A DNA stretch of 64,000 nt from Candidatus Bathyarchaeota archaeon (GTDB taxonomy: Archaea; Thermoproteota; Bathyarchaeia; 40CM-2-53-6; RBG-13-38-9). This document shows, piece by piece, positions 41,332 to 51,734 of this stretch. The stretch spans positions 224,001 to 288,000 of the forward strand of contig CAWECG010000001.1 in NCBI GenBank assembly GCA_963807605.1, read 5' to 3'. A program made the position numbers and the translations under genes. The notes under the pieces were generated by a model. That model saw only the letters and a program-made list of their open reading frames with translations, made no database searches and was not told where the DNA came from. The first letter of the stretch is position 1. Each line of letters starts with the position of its first letter.

Positions 41332-42480
41332 CTACGCTATCTCGGCGAATGTCAGTATCTTCATGTTGGCCGGTTTCTTGGCAACGTTTGAGATGCGGTC
41401 TCCAATTACGATATCTATCTTCTTCTCCTCAGCAATGTCAAGCAGTCTCTGTGTTATTATACCATCAAAGACTAGGGCGTAGACCCCGCTGGATCCCTTC
41501 AGTCTCTCTGCAATTTCACTGACAGAAATTCTTTCCTTTGGATTTCCTTTCTCATCGAAGGTTATAGCTTCTAAGGTCTCCTTAAGTTCACGGACGGCAT
41601 CGGCTATGAACTGGGGTTGCGGCGGGGCGGGTGGTGGCTGCGGCCCCTCCATCTTCTTTCCGACTTGAACCTTGTCTCTGAGGCACCTCATGATCTCTTT
41701 CGGTGTTAAGTCCTCTACCTCTTTACCCGCTGGCGCTCTGGCAACATAATCCAGCTCAGCAACCTGCATCAATTCCTTGAGTATGAGGTCGCCACCTCTG
41801 TCTCCATCAAGGAAGGCTGTGACCTCTTTGTTCTTGCAGAGAGCTATAATCGTCTGGGGAACCTTTGTTCCTTCCAATCCTATGGAGTTCTTTATTCCAC
41901 ACTTTAGTAGATTTATGACGTCAGCTCTTCCTTCGACAATAATGATAGATCCACTTGAGGCGACCTCTGGACCTGCAGGTAACTCTTCAGGACCGAACTT
42001 TGCGACATCCGCCGGCCTGACAGAGTCTGAGACCTCTCTAATAACCTCATCACTACTAGGAGTTGCCTCGACGATCCAGCCTTGGAGTATCTGCTTGGCC
42101 TTAGACATTATGGCCTGTCGTTTCTCGTCGCGCTCGTCCTGAACGGGCTCAAGAGTAATCTTTGCGTTGCATGGGCCTATTCTGTCGACGCTCTCCACAG
42201 CAGCCGCGATAATCGCTGTAGAGGTCTTATCGAGGCTTGAAGGTATTGTGATTTCGCCAGTTGTTCGGTCATTCTTAGACTCAAGTCTTATCCCTATGCG
42301 ACCTAGCCTTCCACTCTTTTGGAGCTCCCTAAGGTCTAAGTCGGGTCCGAAGAGTCCTTCAGTCTGTCCGAAGATTGCGCCAATGACATCAGGCTTTTCA
42401 ACAACACCCTCCACGTCAAACCTCGCTTTTATCACGTATTTCGTGGTAGGTGTAAATTTTTCAGTCTCTTGCATGAGCAT
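41332..42480 (-). CDS. dnaG: Archaeal DnaG (exosome-associated primase-like protein)
   Basis: GVVEKPDVIGAIFGQTEGL, IVEGRADV, FLDGDRGG. Confidence 0.96.
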   Translation of the reverse strand: MLMQETEKFTPTTKYVIKARFDVEGVVEKPDVIGAIFGQTEGLFGPDLDLRELQKSGRLGRIGIRLESKNDRTTGEITIPSSLDKTSTAIIAAAVESVDRIGPCNAKITLEPVQDERDEKRQAIMSKAKQILQGWIVEATPSSDEVIREVSDSVRPADVAKFGPEELPAGPEVASSGSIIIVEGRADVINLLKCGIKNSIGLEGTKVPQTIIALCKNKEVTAFLDGDRGGDLILKELMQVAELDYVARAPAGKEVEDLTPKEIMRCLRDKVQVGKKMEGPQPPPAPPQPQFIADAVRELKETLEAITFDEKGNPKERISVSEIAERLKGSSGVYALVFDGIITQRLLDIAEEKKIDIVIGDRISNVAKKPANMKILTFAEIA

Positions 42481-42577
42481 GTAACCTCCAACATAAGTTC
42501 ACTCTCTATGTGAGTGTGATTTGGGGATTGCATTGGCAATGCGCCCTTAAAAGTTATTTCTTTATGGTTCTGTCTTG

Positions 42578-42988
42578 TCAATTGCCTTTAGATTTGACTC
42601 TTAGTCCCTCTATGTGGCTTGCCAACTCCTCCACCTTACTTATCTCGGGTCTGCAGAGAGCCTTGAATCTCTTCCAAATACCTAGGTCAACCTTCACTTT
42701 CATATGGGAGAGTTCTTCAGTCAGCTTGGAGGCGAGTCGGATCCCCTCCCTATCGAAATCTGTCAGAACAGTTACCTCTCGATTGATGGCTAGTCTTGCT
42801 ACAAAGTCGTAAAAGCCTGAGCCTGTTGCCTTCAAGAGGAGAATCTTGCCTGGGACCTTGAGTCGCCTGAGGGCCTCTTCGTCCTTTCTTCCTTCGACTA
42901 TTACTGGATACCCATTCTGCGAGCGACTTATCAACTTGTTCAATGTACGCTCCGTTTCCTCGAGTTTACGTCTTTGACTAGCATTCAA
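42578..42988 (-). CDS. Small TOPRIM domain protein
   Basis: IVEGRKD, LTDFDREG. Confidence 0.9.
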   Translation of the reverse strand: MNASQRRKLEETERTLNKLISRSQNGYPVIVEGRKDEEALRRLKVPGKILLLKATGSGFYDFVARLAINREVTVLTDFDREGIRLASKLTEELSHMKVKVDLGIWKRFKALCRPEISKVEELASHIEGLRVKSKGN

Positions 42989-42995
42989 GCTGCTG

Positions 42996-44084
42996 TTATC
43001 TCGTGACTTCTATCTTCTTCATCTCTCCAAGAAGCCGAGGGTTTCTTCTGAAGTACTCTCTGACAGGATTGAGTATCCTTGTCAGCTCCTCAGCTACACT
43101 ATTTTTGAGGTCTAATGGATGGATTGAACCTTTGACATATTCCGTCTCTAGCTTGTCGTATTCATCGAAGGCGATATCTCCCCCATATTTCGTGGGCCGT
43201 GAGATCGTAATCATTCCGCTCTCAGGAAGTACTATGTACTCTGCAATCTCCATTATCGGGTTTGCTCTCGTCTCTTTTGGTGGACAGAAGGCGTTCATGA
43301 TCTTTTTTCTAATCTCCTCTGGCGCGTCATGCATGAGTATGGAACTTCCGGATATACTCTTTGACATCTTTGACCCTATCCGTATGCTCATCTCCTCATC
43401 CTCATCGAAATCTCCTCTCGGCGCTTCTGCTGGTCCTGTCAACCCCGTCAATAGGGGCGTATGAATGCAGATGGGTTTCTTCCATTTGATCTTCTCCGCA
43501 GTCTCTCTCGCCAACATATGAGCCTTCCTTTGATCGATTCCAGCGCAAGCCACGTCAAGAGTCATCTGAAAAATGTCCGCCACCTGCATACATGGATAGA
43601 TCATGGTTGCTGTTTCAACCTCGGCCTCGTTGAGGCTTCTGCCCATGATTGGGAGGGCCCTCCAGATTCTGTTGACAGTAGAACCTTTTGCTATTCTGAT
43701 AACCTTCTCCCAGTATTCAGCCTTAGCGGCAAGCTCAGACGCCCAGACATATTTTACCTTCTGAGGATCTAAGCCTATGCTCGTGAAGCATTCCTTGAAA
43801 TATTCGCCACATAGCTTGATCTTCTCCATATCTCCTCCAAGTTTATTGTTGATCCAGGAGTGCCAGTCCGCTAGGAATATCGTAAAATCAAAGCCTGCTT
43901 CTACAAGATCTTTGATCTTTCTTCCACAAACAAGTCCCATTCCCAAATGCATCATGCCTGAGCACTCGAAACCCCAGTAGCCTCTCGGTCTTGAGGAAGT
44001 GCTTAACAGGGCCCTTAGTTCATCGTCAGTGATTACCTCCTCTGTATTTCTCGTGATCAGAGAAAGCCTACGCTCTAGATCCAT
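42996..44084 (-). CDS. tyrS: Tyrosine-tRNA ligase
   Basis: GFECSGMMHLG, YPCMQVAD, GIDQRKAH, KMSKS, HPLDLK. Confidence 0.96.
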   Translation of the reverse strand: MDLERRLSLITRNTEEVITDDELRALLSTSSRPRGYWGFECSGMMHLGMGLVCGRKIKDLVEAGFDFTIFLADWHSWINNKLGGDMEKIKLCGEYFKECFTSIGLDPQKVKYVWASELAAKAEYWEKVIRIAKGSTVNRIWRALPIMGRSLNEAEVETATMIYPCMQVADIFQMTLDVACAGIDQRKAHMLARETAEKIKWKKPICIHTPLLTGLTGPAEAPRGDFDEDEEMSIRIGSKMSKSISGSSILMHDAPEEIRKKIMNAFCPPKETRANPIMEIAEYIVLPESGMITISRPTKYGGDIAFDEYDKLETEYVKGSIHPLDLKNSVAEELTRILNPVREYFRRNPRLLGEMKKIEVTR

Positions 44085-44556
44085 CGATTCACCTTGATAC
44101 CGCTAGAAATCGAATTGGCCGCCTTAAAAGTCTAGTCAAGCTCGCAAAAGCCTAATCTTGAACCTCTCGATCAATTCATCTGTGCAGATTCAACTTAGCG
44201 TTCACAGCCTCTGGGCGGGCGCCAATACATGCCTGCCTCCGAGAGAGCCCAATCAAGTGGGGCGTGGCCCCTCAATGAGGTTGGGTGTTAGTGTTGTAGG
44301 CAACATCGACCTGCCGCCATAAGCGGCGTGGCGAGACCCGTCAAGAAAGGCAAGGAGCTTTCAAAAATCACAACTGAGACTGAACATAACATCGTTGAAG
44401 AATATGAACCTGATCTCGTTTGAATCTTAGACTGCTGACAAGATTCGTTTGAATCACAAAATTGATGTGCCAGCGATTTCTGAATTCTTGTGGCGGAATA
44501 TCCGTCGCGTCTATGACAAAGCAACCCTTTTAGTAATAATCATCCAAGAATTGGTC

Positions 44557-45336
44557 ATGGCAATCTGTCGCGAATGCGGCGAATTTGTCGGTCTCCCTTT
44601 CATATGCGGCTACTGCGGCGGATCCTACTGCACCCAGCACAGGATACCTGAGTCACACAATTGCCCCGGTCTACTTTCGGCTAGAAGTCCCCCTTCCTCA
44701 AAAAGAATCAATAGCAGACTTACCTCCGGAGTATCCAAGGGTCTGAAGATTCATGAGATGCTTGGGGGAAAAGAGGCTCAGGAGATCCTTGTTGCATGGT
44801 TAATCCTCAGCTTTTGCTTCTCAGTGGGTGCTTTAATGTCGCTGGGAAGCTTCATAGGAAGATTCGCGATCTCATTGTTGACAGTCGGGCTCGGTTTTGT
44901 GCTTCATGAATTAGCCCACAGATACGTCGCTAGGAGATATGCTTGCCTCTCCAGATTCAGAATCTGGCCATTGGGACTGGCCTTGGCCCTCATCTTGGCT
45001 CTAGTCTCGCGCGGCAACTGGGTCTTTGCAGCACCAGGAGCAGTGTACATAATACCTAGAAATTCCGGGGGAATCTCGCGCAGAGAGAATGGAATAATCT
45101 CATTGTCGGGCATAGCAGTGAATTTGCTTCTAGCATTGTTGTTTATTGCAGTATCAGGCTTGGGCGGCTTAGCCGAAAGCGTCGGACGAGTTGGCGCGAC
45201 AATAAATCTATGGTTAGCAGCCTTTAATCTGATTCCGTTTTCGCAACTCGATGGTGCGAAAGTCATGGCTTGGAGCTGGAAAATCTGGACCGCCGCAACC
45301 GCCCTGGCATGGCTGGGGCTTCTTCTCTTAGCCTAA
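44557..45336 (+). CDS. AN1-type zinc finger fused to M50 site-2 protease
   Basis: CRECG...PFICGYCGGSYCTQHRIPESHNC; HELAH; FNLIPFSQLDG; ATG at 44557 preferred over 44449. Confidence 0.85.
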   Translation: MAICRECGEFVGLPFICGYCGGSYCTQHRIPESHNCPGLLSARSPPSSKRINSRLTSGVSKGLKIHEMLGGKEAQEILVAWLILSFCFSVGALMSLGSFIGRFAISLLTVGLGFVLHELAHRYVARRYACLSRFRIWPLGLALALILALVSRGNWVFAAPGAVYIIPRNSGGISRRENGIISLSGIAVNLLLALLFIAVSGLGGLAESVGRVGATINLWLAAFNLIPFSQLDGAKVMAWSWKIWTAATALAWLGLLLLA

Positions 45337-45467
45337 GATCCAACGCATGCACACGCTATTAGCCCTCTGACTCTCCTTGTACATTCTGTCGAATTCAGAC
45401 TCAGAAAAAATAGAGACCGCAGATAAAGGTTATTATAGATATTCGGCCAATCCTGTCCCGTACGATC

Positions 45468-45878
45468 ATGGTAAAGAGCCTAAACCTCCTCACAGATCGC
45501 CAAATGCAAGTTCTCAAGTTAAGGAGCAAAGGACTCACTCAAGCGGAGACAGCAAAACACCTCAGAACCACAAGAGAGAACGTCAGTATACTCGAGACCA
45601 GAGCACGCAGAAATATCAGCAGAGCCAAGGCAACACTTGAGATCCTCGAGGATTTAGGAGTCGCAATCAGAATCCTAATCAAACCTGAGACGCCAGTTCT
45701 AGAGATGGCGAGAATCGTAATAAAGAAAGCCGACAGCTCAAATGTTAGACTTAAGCTCGATTGCATAGATGTCTTGGAAAGAATCAAGATGAAAGCCAGG
45801 GACAAAATACGATCGAAAAAAGTGATAGAACCCATCTCAGTAATATTATTGCCTCACGGCGACCTGCTGGTCGAATAG
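45468..45878 (+). CDS. Tfx-family DNA-binding protein
   Basis: LTDRQMQVLKLRSKGLTQAETA...TTRENVSILETRARRNI. Confidence 0.85.
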   Translation: MVKSLNLLTDRQMQVLKLRSKGLTQAETAKHLRTTRENVSILETRARRNISRAKATLEILEDLGVAIRILIKPETPVLEMARIVIKKADSSNVRLKLDCIDVLERIKMKARDKIRSKKVIEPISVILLPHGDLLVE

Positions 45879-45982
45879 GTCGTTTAATGTGAAGCCTTCA
45901 GCGACTTTTTAGCATCTGGTCGAGAATGCCTTGGCTCTTGACCTTTTCCTGTAACGGTGTTGTCTGACTTGGACTGACGCAC

Positions 45983-47629
45983 CTAATACTCAGGCATCCC
46001 GCCCTCAGGTCCTTGAGGAGGCATTGGAGGAGGCTTGGAGGCAACTACAACATCATCAATCCTTATGATCATAGAGGCTGCCTCTGCCGCCGACTTTATG
46101 GCTTGCTCCTTGATCCTCGTCGGCTCCAGCACCCCTAACTTTGACATATCCCTGACTCTACCAGCGTAGACGTCGACGCCCGCGGCAAGTCCTGTCTTCT
46201 TCTCATGAGCTGTCCTAAGAGCAACCATCGTATCTATAGAATCAAGGCCGGCGTTTTCGGCGAGTGTTCTCGGGATAGCTTCCAACGCCTCCGCGAAAGC
46301 CTCAATCGCAAGCTGCTCCCTCCCACCGACTCTGGCCGCGTAGCTTCGCAGCCTCTTGGCTAACTCAATCTCCACTGCTCCTCCACCGAAGACCATCCTA
46401 TTCTTCGCCACAACAGCCGCTACAGATGAGAGCGCATCGTCCATAGCCCTCTCTGCCTCGTCTACCAACTTCTCCAATCCAGCTCGTATTAGAATAGCCA
46501 CAGACTTTGGATCCTTACATCCTTCGATGAAGATCATCTTGTCTTCACCCATCCTTCTCTCTTCGACCAAACCAGCTTTCCCGATGTCGCTCGGACTTAA
46601 GTCGTCTAGGTCCGTGACTATTTTGGCGCCAGTCGCTTTCGAAAGCTTCTCCATATCAGATTTCTTTATTCGTCGAACCGCCATCGTATTCTCTTTTGCA
46701 AGGAAGTGCTGCACCATATCGTCTATTCCTTTCTGACAGAGGACTATATTGGCGCCTGAGGCCTTGATCTTTTCCGTCATCATCTGCATCATCTTTGTCT
46801 CTTCATCCATGAACGCCTTCATCTGTGATGGATCAGCTATCCTAATCTCGGCGCTAAATTCGGTCTTCTTAATCTCCAGTGCGCAGTCAAGAAGAACTAT
46901 TCTAGCATTCGCCACTGTTTTGGGCATCCTAGGGTGGACAACTTCCTTATCGAGAATTACGCCCTGGATGAGCTGCGTATCCATGAGCCTCTTGCCTTCT
47001 TTCTTCACGAGTTGAATATTATCTATGTCAACGAAGGCGGTTTCGCCTCGTTTCTCCATTATCTGTTTGATCGCGTCTATGGCGATCGTGGCGAAGTGTT
47101 CCTTAGCTTCCCCAACTCCTTTGCCAGCCATGGCGGTGAGCGCAATCTTCTTGAGCGTTGTCCTATCGGTTAGGTTGACTGGCTTCGACACTTGGTCTAG
47201 TATCGCTACAGCCTTGTCAGAGGCTTTCTTGAATCCCGCGACTATCGTCGTAGGGTGGACGTCACTTTCAAGAAGCGCCTCAGCCTTCTTGAGAAGCTCA
47301 CTAGCCAAGACCACTGCCGTGGTCGTCCCATCTCCAACTTCGTCGTCTTGGGTCTTGGCGACTTCTACTATCATCTTGGCTGCGGGATTCTGAACCTCAA
47401 TCTCTTCCAACACTGTCACCCCATCGCTGGTAACAGTGACATCCCCCAGCGTGTCGACGAGCATCTTGTCCATACCCCGTGGACCAAGAGTGCTCTTCAC
47501 AACCTCGCCTATGATCTTTGCAGCGATTATGTTTGATCTTTGAGCCTCTCTGCCTCTGCTTCTAGAGGAACCTTCTTTCAGAATGAGGACGGGTTGACCT
47601 GTAAGATAAGACAAGATATTCCCTTCCAT
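45983..47629 (-). CDS. Thermosome (group II chaperonin) subunit
   Basis: [25 protein letters not shown]. Confidence 0.97.
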   Translation of the reverse strand: MEGNILSYLTGQPVLILKEGSSRSRGREAQRSNIIAAKIIGEVVKSTLGPRGMDKMLVDTLGDVTVTSDGVTVLEEIEVQNPAAKMIVEVAKTQDDEVGDGTTTAVVLASELLKKAEALLESDVHPTTIVAGFKKASDKAVAILDQVSKPVNLTDRTTLKKIALTAMAGKGVGEAKEHFATIAIDAIKQIMEKRGETAFVDIDNIQLVKKEGKRLMDTQLIQGVILDKEVVHPRMPKTVANARIVLLDCALEIKKTEFSAEIRIADPSQMKAFMDEETKMMQMMTEKIKASGANIVLCQKGIDDMVQHFLAKENTMAVRRIKKSDMEKLSKATGAKIVTDLDDLSPSDIGKAGLVEERRMGEDKMIFIEGCKDPKSVAILIRAGLEKLVDEAERAMDDALSSVAAVVAKNRMVFGGGAVEIELAKRLRSYAARVGGREQLAIEAFAEALEAIPRTLAENAGLDSIDTMVALRTAHEKKTGLAAGVDVYAGRVRDMSKLGVLEPTRIKEQAIKSAAEAASMIIRIDDVVVASKPPPMPPQGPEGGMPEY

Positions 47630-47715
47630 AACAAGAGTATGAAGATGCTATTCGCTCAAAATAAAAACTTTACCTTCCTGTTTTGCCATGAATACTGTTG
47701 TCATAAATTATGAGG

Positions 47716-47907
47716 TTATGTTGTTTCTTTGTGATACTTGTCGTATCGGCCGCTTTTGATTTCATGGATGCGTTTGCGAGCGGCTTCATCTATGAAGTCG
47801 GCACGGCTTGCATAGGGGCGTTGCTTGGATAGAACTATTCTGTCTATTTCTTCGGCTAGTTCTTTTGGTACGTTGGGGTAGCACTAGTTTTTCTTCTCTG
47901 AAACCAT
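47716..47907 (-). pseudogene. Ribbon-helix-helix (CopG-like) gene with in-frame TAG at codon 8
   Basis: MVSEKKN*CYPNVPKELAEEIDRIV...YASRADFIDEAARKRI...; absent from the ORF track. Confidence 0.65.
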
Positions 47908-48049
47908 GGCGCGCGCTCTTGCCTCCTTCAAGATTCTAAGCCTTGCCAGCTCGAAGCGTTGATGAGACTCTGACCTCGTTAAACGCCGGATTGTCTTAGC
48001 CAAAACCAAGATAAGAGACATGCTAGGAGTTTATTTTTGATGCGTTGGG

Positions 48050-48670
48050 TTGAGGGGATCAGGGATCGAGAGAAGAGCGCCTCAAAATTACTGCAACAGA
48101 TGCGGCTTTCCACTTCGATTTGTAGATGGAAGGCTCTGGTGTGACAACTGCAGAGCCTATCCTCTTGACAGGGAAATCGACGTTTCCAGTTTCTTCTCTC
48201 AGGTCGGGGGGCGACTGAGAAGAACTATTAATAGTCTAGAGAGAAGGCTTGGAGGTGAAACAGAGGATACGTCAAGAAGTGTTTATCCTCAGATAATTCC
48301 ACCAATAATCCCACCAATAATTCCACCAGCGCCTAGTATTCCTCCCCCGCGCGTGATCATCACGACCCCAATGAGAAGCGATCCTTACTCATCGACCGGC
48401 GGGATAGATGACAGGGTCTTCAGCTATATTGAGGCTCATAACGGAGAGATCTCACTCTCGAAAGCATCTGCAGACATTGGTATTCCCTTGAATGAACTCC
48501 AGGAAGCCGTAGAAAGACTACGTAACTCAGGTCGACTGTCACTTCAGAACGACCAGATCAACATACCAAGCTCCCCGGCGCCTTTACGCCGGAAAGTCTG
48601 TGTACACTGTTTCAGGCTCATAGATGTTGAGGATAGATACTGCACTGACTGTGGCTATGTGCAGCCATAG
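48050..48670 (+). CDS. Zinc ribbon - Pro-rich linker - winged helix - zinc ribbon protein
   Basis: CNRC..CDNC; PPIIPPIIPP; VFSYIEAHNGEISLSKASADIG..LQEAVERLRNSG; CVHC..CTDC. Confidence 0.75.
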   Translation: MRGSGIERRAPQNYCNRCGFPLRFVDGRLWCDNCRAYPLDREIDVSSFFSQVGGRLRRTINSLERRLGGETEDTSRSVYPQIIPPIIPPIIPPAPSIPPPRVIITTPMRSDPYSSTGGIDDRVFSYIEAHNGEISLSKASADIGIPLNELQEAVERLRNSGRLSLQNDQINIPSSPAPLRRKVCVHCFRLIDVEDRYCTDCGYVQP

Positions 48671-48748
48671 ACCCTCTGAGACCAGTTGTTTAAATAGTCT
48701 CGGTAAGTTTTTTCTTCTGGACAACTATATGCACTTGGAAGTGATATT

Positions 48749-49324
48749 ATGGAGAGGCTTAAACTCACCATTGGTTTAGACCAGAACTTTACAGAGAAAG
48801 AGCTTCACAAGATTGCAGAGGCTTTCGGTGGAGCATTCGATCTCAAGGATAGAACGTACATTTTGAAGACCTCAGAAGAGAGCCCGCCGACAGCCGTATT
48901 CGCGCTCGGAGAGATCACAGTCAAGAATATACCTCAGATCTTAGGCGTGATGAAGAGCGACTACTGGAAGAAGGCGGCAAAGAAGATCTCGAAGACACTC
49001 AGTAAGCGTAGAAAGGATGAGGAACCCATGATCTCCTTTGAGTGTACGGTTGAAGGCCTCGATGCGAACATGCGCTGTCGGACCAGCAATAATGAGATTG
49101 TTGAAGCAGCGTTTGGTCATCTCGACTCGGCACTCGAGTCACTCTGGGAACTCAGCCAGAAGAAGAATCTTCCAGGCTCAAAGACGCATGTCTATATGGG
49201 TTATCACGAGCCGACAAAGTCCTTTAGAATTGACCGTGCCATAGTGCTCGGCACAGATTTTGGTGAATATGAGTTCGATGAAAAGGCTCGATCGTGGAGA
49301 AAGATAAGCCGTACTCAAGGCTGA
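48749..49324 (+). CDS. Hypothetical protein
   Basis: 191-aa ORF with upstream TTTAAATA box. Confidence 0.65.
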   Translation: MERLKLTIGLDQNFTEKELHKIAEAFGGAFDLKDRTYILKTSEESPPTAVFALGEITVKNIPQILGVMKSDYWKKAAKKISKTLSKRRKDEEPMISFECTVEGLDANMRCRTSNNEIVEAAFGHLDSALESLWELSQKKNLPGSKTHVYMGYHEPTKSFRIDRAIVLGTDFGEYEFDEKARSWRKISRTQG

Positions 49325-49346
49325 ACGTGCAAGACTGTTCAAAGCT

Positions 49347-50006
49347 TCAGGCTTTTTGCTGCGAAATCCATCCTTCACAAATTCTTATACCGATAATGAC
49401 ATCCCTTGCATAGGCGTCGGCCCCTACCTTCTTTGCAAACTCCTCTGTCAAGGGTGCCCCTCCCAGAATCACCTTCACCTTTTCACGTAAGGAAGCTGCT
49501 TTTAACGCGTCTAGAACCTCTCCAATTCTCATCATAGTCGTACTCGTCAAAGCAGAGATTCCTATTATGCCCGGCGCCTCATCCTTGGCGGCCTTGACGA
49601 ACTTTTCTGAAGGTACATCTATGCCAAGATCGACGACCTCAAATCCTGCCCCCATTAGACTAACGACCACCAAGTTCTTTCCTATGTCATGCATGTCTCC
49701 AGGAGCACTTCCTATCACAACCTTTCCCCTGTACTTACCTTTCCCGCCTGCGAGGTGTGGCTTCAGAAGGTCAGAGGCAGCCTTCATTATTGTTCCCGCA
49801 ATGACAAGCTCACTTATGAAGTACTCACAGGACTCGAATTTCTGTCCGACTATGTTGCTTGCACCCCTCATCGTATCCATTATCTCGTAGGGCGAGATGC
49901 CGCTCTTCAGAGCTTCCCTTGTCGCGTCAAGTGTCTGCTCGAGTTTCAGCTCAACTATAGACTGCTTGAATCTTTCCAAGATCTCTTTCTGCGCCACCAA
50001 TATCAC
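49347..50006 (-). CDS. Corrinoid (cobalamin-binding) methyl-accepting protein
   Basis: Cap domain + GDMHDIGKNLV, DLGIDVP, SAL, GGAP. Confidence 0.93.
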   Translation of the reverse strand: MILVAQKEILERFKQSIVELKLEQTLDATREALKSGISPYEIMDTMRGASNIVGQKFESCEYFISELVIAGTIMKAASDLLKPHLAGGKGKYRGKVVIGSAPGDMHDIGKNLVVVSLMGAGFEVVDLGIDVPSEKFVKAAKDEAPGIIGISALTSTTMMRIGEVLDALKAASLREKVKVILGGAPLTEEFAKKVGADAYARDVIIGIRICEGWISQQKA

Positions 50007-50007
50007 C

Positions 50008-51222
50008 TTAGAGTTTTATTGGATACCCCCCATATTTGAGAACAGAGTCGTATAGGGCGCAGACATTCCATGGTGGAACCTCGGGTTGGATTATGTGTCC
50101 GGGTGCAACTATCATACCCCCACCGACCGCACCTTCCTTGATGACTCTAACTACTTCAGCCTCCACATCGGCCGGTGTACCTCGCGGCAATACCCTCTGT
50201 GAGCTTACGCCTCCACAAAAGGTAAGTTTGTGCCCGTATTTCTTCTTCAAATTCTCCAGCCCCATATCTGGACACTCCGGTTGAACTGGGTTAAGCACAT
50301 TTACGCCTTCTTCAATGAAGTCGTTGATGTACATGTCTACGTTTCCGCAACTGTGTAGGTAGATCTTCCCAGCCGTCTTTTTGTGTATGAAATCGTAGAT
50401 CTGTTTATGTCTAGGTTTTATGAATTCCCTGTAGGTTTTTGGACTGAGAAGTCCGGAAGTCTGAGCTCCCATATCGTCTGCGACTCCCACTAAAGTACAG
50501 TAGTCGCCTATTTGATCGAGCATCATTCCATACATCTGGATGAGCAACTTAGTCGCCTTGTCTAGGAGTGCATTTGCTATTTGTGGTCTGAAAAAGATGT
50601 CCTCAAGGAACTTGTTGAAGCCTCTTCGTTGCCATGATGTCTCGAACGGTCCACCCATAGGTGCTACGCAGCATACGGCGTAGCCTGCCTCATCGAGCTT
50701 CTTCGCCTTTCTATCAAGACCCTGAACCGTTCTATCCTTCTCTGGATCCGGCCAGTAGGGATCGTTTACAATCTCATTTATCGTATCTATCTGTTCAAGG
50801 GGGGCTGGACTGGCGAACTCCAAGTAGGTCTCGCCAGCCTTCCTATGAAAGCCACACTCGTCTATGAATGAATTGTCAGGCAGGAGTTTTTGAGGTATGA
50901 ATGGCCTGGGAAACCGTATCGATACAGGCCTGAAGTCTATTCTGAATCGCCTGTAAATCCTTTCGTCGATAGGAGTTGTCCACCAAGATGTATAATGCGT
51001 GCCGCCAGGCCAATAGTCGATCTCTTTGGAGAAGATAGGGAGATGCATGAAATGTTTAAGATTGAAGTATGACTGCTTCATCATGAAAGAGAGGCATCCG
51101 CCAAGTTCCGCAGGAACCCTGTCCGGCTCCTGGTGCTCAAGAACCTTCCAAACACGCTCTCTAGGCGTATACCGTTCGCCAGGGTATATTATGGCTTTTT
51201 CTCCCCGAGATATTGTCTCCAA
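50008..51222 (-). CDS. UroD/MtaA-family corrinoid methyltransferase
   Basis: EPDRVP, DDMGAQ, HSCG, LNPVQPE, GTPADV; 1 bp from the corrinoid gene. Confidence 0.85.
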   Translation of the reverse strand: METISRGEKAIIYPGERYTPRERVWKVLEHQEPDRVPAELGGCLSFMMKQSYFNLKHFMHLPIFSKEIDYWPGGTHYTSWWTTPIDERIYRRFRIDFRPVSIRFPRPFIPQKLLPDNSFIDECGFHRKAGETYLEFASPAPLEQIDTINEIVNDPYWPDPEKDRTVQGLDRKAKKLDEAGYAVCCVAPMGGPFETSWQRRGFNKFLEDIFFRPQIANALLDKATKLLIQMYGMMLDQIGDYCTLVGVADDMGAQTSGLLSPKTYREFIKPRHKQIYDFIHKKTAGKIYLHSCGNVDMYINDFIEEGVNVLNPVQPECPDMGLENLKKKYGHKLTFCGGVSSQRVLPRGTPADVEAEVVRVIKEGAVGGGMIVAPGHIIQPEVPPWNVCALYDSVLKYGGYPIKL

Positions 51223-51734
51223 GGATCTCCCCAGTTTTGCCTAGCTCTACCTTCCGCTTCATATTAAAGTTAATTGATTTACCTCTGTGTAGAAATCTGG
51301 GAAGTGGGACTTCGACTCGCAATCGTGGCATTCATTACTGTGGCACAATTCATGCAGGCCCATTCGGCAGTCGAAGTGCTCATGACTCACGATGAGACTC
51401 CGGATGGTGCGGTGACATTCACTGCCCCACCTTCTCACAATCGAAAATCTACGAAGACAAGAAGGATATAGTCTTCGCAGTAAAGAAGCTCGACTCATCT
51501 GAGAGTGATTTCTACATTTGAGTCGATAAAGGGGGTCAGCTCATCTTCGACGGAGAATAGAATCCATTCATATGCCCCAATGAAGAAGAGATCCAACTAA
51601 TGGCCGTCGAGTCTACAGGTCGGATTGTTGCTCATACCTAGGCTTAACGCTTGTTTTCGGTCAATGCCTTTCGATGCGCTGTAGGATTCTAAGATTCTTT
51701 CGCTAAAGTGCGTCTTGGGAAGTTGTGGGGCATA

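Noticed and set aside
44205-44420. SRP RNA, RNase P RNA or T-box
   Set aside because: No helix-8 GGAA/AGCAG motif, no RNase P conserved regions, no T-box consensus; kept only as an unknown structured region
29662-47886. Stop-codon reassignment suggested by in-frame TGA (29662) and TAG (47884)
   Set aside because: TGA and TAG end many conserved genes here (TAG in prf1, rps11 and rbcL; TGA in rpiA and proA); single nonsense mutations explain both
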